From Nitrospirota bacterium (GTDB lineage Bacteria; Nitrospirota; UBA9217), in contig CAVUCU010000003.1 in the NCBI GenBank assembly GCA_963740085.1, positions 160,001-224,000 on the forward strand: 64,000 bases of DNA. Reading direction: 5' to 3'. How positions within the stretch are numbered: the stretch's first letter is position 1; every line of letters begins with the position of its first letter. The notes beneath the pieces are model-generated. The model saw nothing but the letters and a program-made list of their open reading frames with translations. It was not told the origin of the DNA and searched no databases. Shown piece by piece: positions 59,475 to 64,000 of this stretch. The position numbers and the translations under genes are program-made.

Positions 59475-60745
59475 TTCCCCTCCAGAGTATTGTTCCTTCC
59501 GCAAAAGTTCTTGATCTCAAGATCGACGCCCTCGCTGATAACCAGGGTTATGTCCCTCGCGGCCCCGATTTCGATGACAGGCAGCGTCGCCTCGGCCAGT
59601 TTCAGATAAAACTTCTGTAAATCGTGCGAGGCCTCGGCCATGCCTCCCCCGACGGCCGATTTCAAGAGGTCGCCGCTGTTTATCGACGTGGTAGTCCCCA
59701 GCGGAGATACCAGGTTGACCTGAGATGCTGCTTTCAGCCCGTCGCCGATCCCGCCGAAAAAACCTGAGAGGAGGCCCCTCGCAAGCATGGCCCCCATCTT
59801 TGCCACCACCTTCCCCGCGAGTCCGATCTTGCCGTCCTGGTCCACGACAAATCCTTTCACCTTCTGGTCGATAACCGCCGATCCGCCCCTGGACAGGCAG
59901 GTGATGCTGAGCAATCGAAGGTGAGCCCGTTCGTCGGCGAGGTTACCGATACCGTCCGCGATTGCAAAACATCCTTTCAAGTCGGCCTTCACCCTATTGG
60001 GGAGCTGGGCCAGATTTTTTATCCGGATCAGCACCGGGACAGGGTTTCCCTTTGCGCTCTCCACGGTCGGGGCGTCCAGGCCGGAAAGGAGTGATGCCTC
60101 CATATATGAAGGGGGAAGGTAAATCTTTTCCGCTTTTTTTTTAACAGCCTCGTTTGCCTGGACCGGCTTCTGACCCGGATTAGAGATAATTTCGATGTCC
60201 CCTATAAATGCGGGAGAAGCTGCACCCGGTGACCTGGCGTCTCGCCCGGAATTGGACGGGAGAGGCATCGGCGGCACCGAATAGGCCGGTGTAGGAATCT
60301 CACCTTCGCGCGCGTTGCCGGCAAAACTACCGGTGTTGGACGCGAATTCTTTGGGCGTATTGACAAGCGGAGACGGAATGGGCGGCAAGGGTGCGTTAGG
60401 GAACTTGCCGGATGCGGCCTGCGGCGATTTATTCGTTTCCTTTTCTTTGACTTTTTTGATGTCTTCGACTTCCTGCTGAAGTTTTTTCATTTGCTCGTCG
60501 CGCTCATGCAGGGCCTTTTCCTGTTCACGATACTGTGATTTCTCAAGAAGACCCGGCTCAAGCGTCATTTCGACCCTTTTTTCGGATGATTTGGAGTTTG
60601 AAGGGATGGTGATCTTGCTCCGGTTCAAATACGTGGTCATGATCAGCACCGTGAGTGAAAGGGTAATCAAGGCGAGAACGACGAACCGTTTCTTTTCGGG
60701 AGTCAAGGTGTCAAAATACTTCTTTGCCTTATCTTTAATTGACAT
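59459..60745 (-). CDS. traB: TraB (VirB10-like)
   Basis: ASLLSGLDAP, LKGCF, DGKIGLAGKVV and PVIEIGAAR. Confidence 0.9.
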   Translation of the reverse strand: MSIKDKAKKYFDTLTPEKKRFVVLALITLSLTVLIMTTYLNRSKITIPSNSKSSEKRVEMTLEPGLLEKSQYREQEKALHERDEQMKKLQQEVEDIKKVKEKETNKSPQAASGKFPNAPLPPIPSPLVNTPKEFASNTGSFAGNAREGEIPTPAYSVPPMPLPSNSGRDARSPGAASPAFIGDIEIISNPGQKPVQANEAVKKKAEKIYLPPSYMEASLLSGLDAPTVESAKGNPVPVLIRIKNLAQLPNRVKADLKGCFAIADGIGNLADERAHLRLLSITCLSRGGSAVIDQKVKGFVVDQDGKIGLAGKVVAKMGAMLARGLLSGFFGGIGDGLKAASQVNLVSPLGTTTSINSGDLLKSAVGGGMAEASHDLQKFYLKLAEATLPVIEIGAARDITLVISEGVDLEIKNFCGRNNTLEGKCASE

Positions 60746-61555
60746 TGGTTACGCTCCCTCCCGTTGACTCCACAATGAACAATCTGAGCGGTCTCGTCCT
60801 TCTTGATATTGAGCTTATCCATGGCGATAGCCATAGTGTTCGTTGTCAAATCGGTCACCATGAAGTCCCTTTCGCTCAGCCTCATCACGTTGCTCTCACC
60901 CGGACCTGCAATCTTTTCATTTGTCACGTAGTATTCCTTCAGGCGAAGCCCTTCCCCTTCCACTAAAACCGTTCGTTTGAGAATTATTTTGAGACCCTTG
61001 AATATCTTGAAAGCGCTTGTTCAACGCGGCGATTTCAAAGCTCTCCGGGAGGGTGTCCGTAACTGCAAGTTTGATCAAAAGAGTGGTTTTTTTCTCTATA
61101 GGCATGCCGGACATGAGCGATGCATTCTGCTTGATCGACTTCAGCTTGCCCGAGGAAAGCCGAATTGTCTGCGACGGGATCCGTTTCGGTGTGGCTATGA
61201 GGTTATAGACGTTCTCGCCGCACACGATGTAAAACTCGACCGGATTGGTCGCGTAATTGTTGACGCCATTCCGGACGGTAAAAAGGAACTTGATGAAGGC
61301 ATTCGAGCCGGAGTATTTCACCTTTACGCCTTTTTCCTGAGAGTAAACGACGTCCTGTATCTGCTGCTCCTGTGGGCAGGCAACGCGGTTAACATCGGAT
61401 GAACTCAGGTCCACCGGGACCGCAACCTCGGGAAGCACGACAATGGTCTGCTCGTGCGCCGATACCGACGTATTCTGAGGTTCACTTTCCGCTGCCGATA
61501 CAGCGATGCATGGAAAAAGCAATAGAGCAATAAGAGCCATCATTACTTTCTGCAT
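60735..61555 (-). CDS. traK: TraK (secretin-like), frameshifted
   Basis: LSSSDVNRVAC in 60917..61555 continues in 60703..60963 (LSERDF); lies between traE and traB. Confidence 0.8.
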
Positions 61556-62128
61556 TTACCGTCCCCTCTCCCTTTCTTTCGTGGTGATTTTCGTCAATTG
61601 AAATTTGCCGTTATTGACCTCGTATTCCAGGACATACTTGCTGACAGCATCGGAAACAAGAGTGCTGTCCTTGAATTTCCGGTTCTGTCCCGAAATCTCT
61701 ATTGTCTTGGTCCGGGTATCAACGATGAACTTAGGGTCCAGGTAAAACACGCTGCTCACGTTTGCGGTTTCAATCGTACCGGCCAACTCGTAGAATGTCT
61801 GCTGCGCCTGTGGATAAGCCTCAATCGAAAAAAGGGTAAGAAGCGCGTCAAACTGCTTTCGCGCCGTCGCCGGGGAATAGGTAAACGCCAGCGAGGAAGC
61901 GTACCGGACCATTGTTTTGATATATTCCTCGGAAAGCTCGCCCCCGGTCACTTCTACCTTGCTGTCGAGTCCCGGAGGGATCAGAACGACGCGCTGGTAG
62001 TTCAGCGCTTTGTTGATCATGAATGAATTCAATATCGTTGTTGCCCCTATCACAACGACGACAAGCGTGAATACCCTGTTTGCCGCCTGGATGTTGGAAC
62101 TCTTTTGCAGAAATCGCTTTATGTTCAC
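61556..62128 (-). CDS. traE: TraE
   Basis: TM helix then RVVLIPP, YSPATARKQF and SSVFY. Confidence 0.85.
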   Translation of the reverse strand: MNIKRFLQKSSNIQAANRVFTLVVVVIGATTILNSFMINKALNYQRVVLIPPGLDSKVEVTGGELSEEYIKTMVRYASSLAFTYSPATARKQFDALLTLFSIEAYPQAQQTFYELAGTIETANVSSVFYLDPKFIVDTRTKTIEISGQNRKFKDSTLVSDAVSKYVLEYEVNNGKFQLTKITTKERERGR

Positions 62129-62391
62129 TCGATAAACTCCTTTTGAAAGAAGTGCGGATATCCGTGGATCTTCGTGATCCCTAAAAAGTAAAAGACATGG
62201 CCGAGAAATCCACGGGGGTATTTCTTCTTAAACTTCGTATAAAGATAAGGGAAAACAATCATGCCGATGTAAAAGAAACCTTCCAGTAACAGCCCCATGA
62301 GAAACGAGAGAAATATGATTCCCACTTCGTCCACTTCGAACCAGAGCACCTGTAAAGGCGATGACAGATATTGCGGAAACTTCTTTATCAT
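62125..62391 (-). CDS. traL: TraL
   Basis: KFPQYLSSPLQVLWFEVDE...PRGFLGHVFY. Confidence 0.85.
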   Translation of the reverse strand: MIKKFPQYLSSPLQVLWFEVDEVGIIFLSFLMGLLLEGFFYIGMIVFPYLYTKFKKKYPRGFLGHVFYFLGITKIHGYPHFFQKEFIE

Positions 62392-62436
62392 AAAAAAGCA
62401 TCATAACAGGGCAGCCGCTGCTGCCCTGTTATGATG
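62392..62436 (-). terminator. 17-bp stem terminator/attenuator between pilin and traL
   Basis: CATCATAACAGGGCAGC-4nt-GCTGCCCTGTTATGATG, then CTTTTTT abutting the traL ATG. Confidence 0.75.
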
Positions 62437-62447
62437 ACCACCTCCTT

Positions 62448-62756
62448 TCAAATGATCGCGCCGAAACTGGTAACGATGGAGTCCGCCTTGAGCAGCAATA
62501 TGCAGCTGACGGCACTCAAAATGCCCCGGAGTATCTCCGACTGGGAGAAGAAGTAGGCCGCCATTCCGAACAGAATGACGCCTGCCGCAAATCCCATTGC
62601 GCCCCTTAACATCATGTTCACTATGACGTCGTAAAAGTCATAGAAGGGCGATCCCGCTGCAGGCGCGGTAAAGGCCATGGCGTTGGACGTGAAGAATATT
62701 GCCATGCCGAATGCGACCATGCACAGGACAACGTAACTTTTCATGGTATGTGACAT
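62448..62756 (-). CDS. traA: Conjugative pilin (TraA-like)
   Basis: Signal peptide ending AMA plus two hydrophobic helices; upstream of traL. Confidence 0.75.
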   Translation of the reverse strand: MSHTMKSYVVLCMVAFGMAIFFTSNAMAFTAPAAGSPFYDFYDVIVNMMLRGAMGFAAGVILFGMAAYFFSQSEILRGILSAVSCILLLKADSIVTSFGAII

Positions 62757-62801
62757 GTGATTTCACCTCCTTTCGTTAGATATTTGAAACAGCGGTCAAA
62801 A

Positions 62802-63730
62802 CTACTTCTTTCCGTTATCCACAAGCAGCTCATCGATACGTTTTGTATCTGCGCCGCGGACCGCGACACCGTTTACGATCAGATATGGGGTGCCCTGAAT
62901 GCCGAGCTTCCGGGCCAGGGATTTATTATCATTAAGGACGGCCGCAACCTTTTCATCAGAACACGGCTTCAGCTCTTCGGTATCGAGGGAACCTCCCATG
63001 GCCTCCAGGAAGGCTTTCGTTTTGTCCTTCGAACACATGATGATCTTCGATTTGTCCATCGACTTCGGATGAAGCTGTTCGAGCGGGAGAAGATAGACGT
63101 ATCTGGTGATGTCTTTCCTGTCCTTGAAATATTCCTCGATCTTGCGGCAGAACGGGCAGTCTGGATCGGTAAACATGATTACCGTGTTTTTACCCTTGCC
63201 GATTTTGATGGCCTTATCGAGCGGGAGTTCCTTCAATGCGGCCTGGGCAGATGGCTTTATCTCGCGATTCGACGGTCAGGTTCTTACCCTCTTTGGTGTA
63301 CATTTCACCGATCAGCCTGGTGCCGCTTTTGGGATCGTAATAGATCACATTCTGACCGGATACGACCTCATAAAGCCCATCAATGCCGGACTTGGTACCT
63401 GGCCTGATCAAGTTGAATCTCTTTGAAGACCCATGCCATCAATCATACTGCGCTTTTCATCGGTCTGGTTTTTCCAGTCCTTGCTGAACATCTCTCCGAA
63501 CAGAACCACGCCGTTTTTCGGGCTGTAGTAGAGCACGTTCGTAGCCTGCGACGACTTCATACAACCCATCCACTTCGTCGGCTCTACACTCTTAAACTCC
63601 AACTTCGGAAAGTCCCGTTTGAGTGATTCGGCAACCGGGGAATGCGTTCCCCTCTGCAAAGACACTCATGCACAGAACGATCCCGAAAACAACAAACAAC
63701 AAACCAGATACGATACAATGTTTTTTTCAC
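62802..63730 (-). CDS. dsbC: DsbC-family disulfide isomerase with tandem N-terminal domains, heavily frameshifted
   Basis: FTDPDCPFC and GIQGTP; two GLYEVV..NV.YY.P....L.GEM..K..KN.T segments upstream. Confidence 0.75.
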
Positions 63731-64000
63731 GTCTTTACTCTCCTTTCTGTTTCAGGCAGCAGATCTTCTGCCCGTCGGTTTTTGCTTTTGTCTTCGGAAA
63801 CATAACAGCACTTTCCTTCTCCGATAACCACGGACGGTTTAATGCCGTTATCTTCGAGATACGCTGCTACCGCCCTGGCGCGAAGCAAGGCCAGCCTGTC
63901 GTTATATTCCCTGGTCCCTCTGTCGCAGGTAAAACCCTTGACCGTGACTGCCTTCACCTTCTTCAAATCATTAAGAGACGCCAGTATTTTCAACTTTTCC
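63727..64000 (-). CDS. OmpA-family peptidoglycan-binding protein (partial, 5' end beyond window)
   Basis: VKGFTCDRGTREYNDRLALLRARAVAAYL...NRRAE. Confidence 0.8.
   Translation of the reverse strand, partial: EKLKILASLNDLKKVKAVTVKGFTCDRGTREYNDRLALLRARAVAAYLEDNGIKPSVVIGEGKCCYVSEDKSKNRRAEDLLPETERRVKT

Larger units (their letters stand above)
38519..64000 (-). mobile_element. Integrative conjugative element with F-type T4SS inserted at the selC 3' end (continues beyond window)
   Basis: Tyrosine integrase converging on the tRNA 3' end, followed by xis, SLT and a tra operon. Composition is visibly more AT-rich after the tRNA. Confidence 0.88.

Overview
This is a bacterial chromosome window, GC-rich and anaerobe-like. 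Nitrospirota or a deltaproteobacterium is an impression from gene style only. Left part (1-38.5 kb, host): two complete, divergent six-gene HyfB-C-E-F-G-I clusters in tandem. Both large subunits lack the Ni-binding cysteines, so these are Ehr-type complexes rather than true hydrogenases. They are followed by TauE/SafE plus DUF1634, a 5'-truncated Cys-rich gene, glnE, a PaaI thioesterase, rnr, a small integrase-less integron cassette array, selA-selB, MFS and CPA2 transporters, and tRNA-Sec (selC). Right part (38.5-64 kb): an ICE integrated at selC that runs off the window edge. It carries a tyrosine integrase, Xre-HTH, excisionase, lytic transglycosylase and an F-type T4SS, including a split TraN with about 22 two-Cys modules and a DsbC with a duplicated N-terminal domain. 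The most unusual signal is in the host DNA. About a dozen gene junctions carry bipartite elements made of short (7-10 nt) tandem repeats facing their own reverse complement, mostly with a different unit at each junction. One element is split around a whole gene and holds what looks like a deleted four-helix-bundle gene relic. None were seen in the ICE. Many single-base frameshifts suggest uncorrected long-read errors, so split or fused ORFs need caution. All calls come from reading the sequence; no searches were run.
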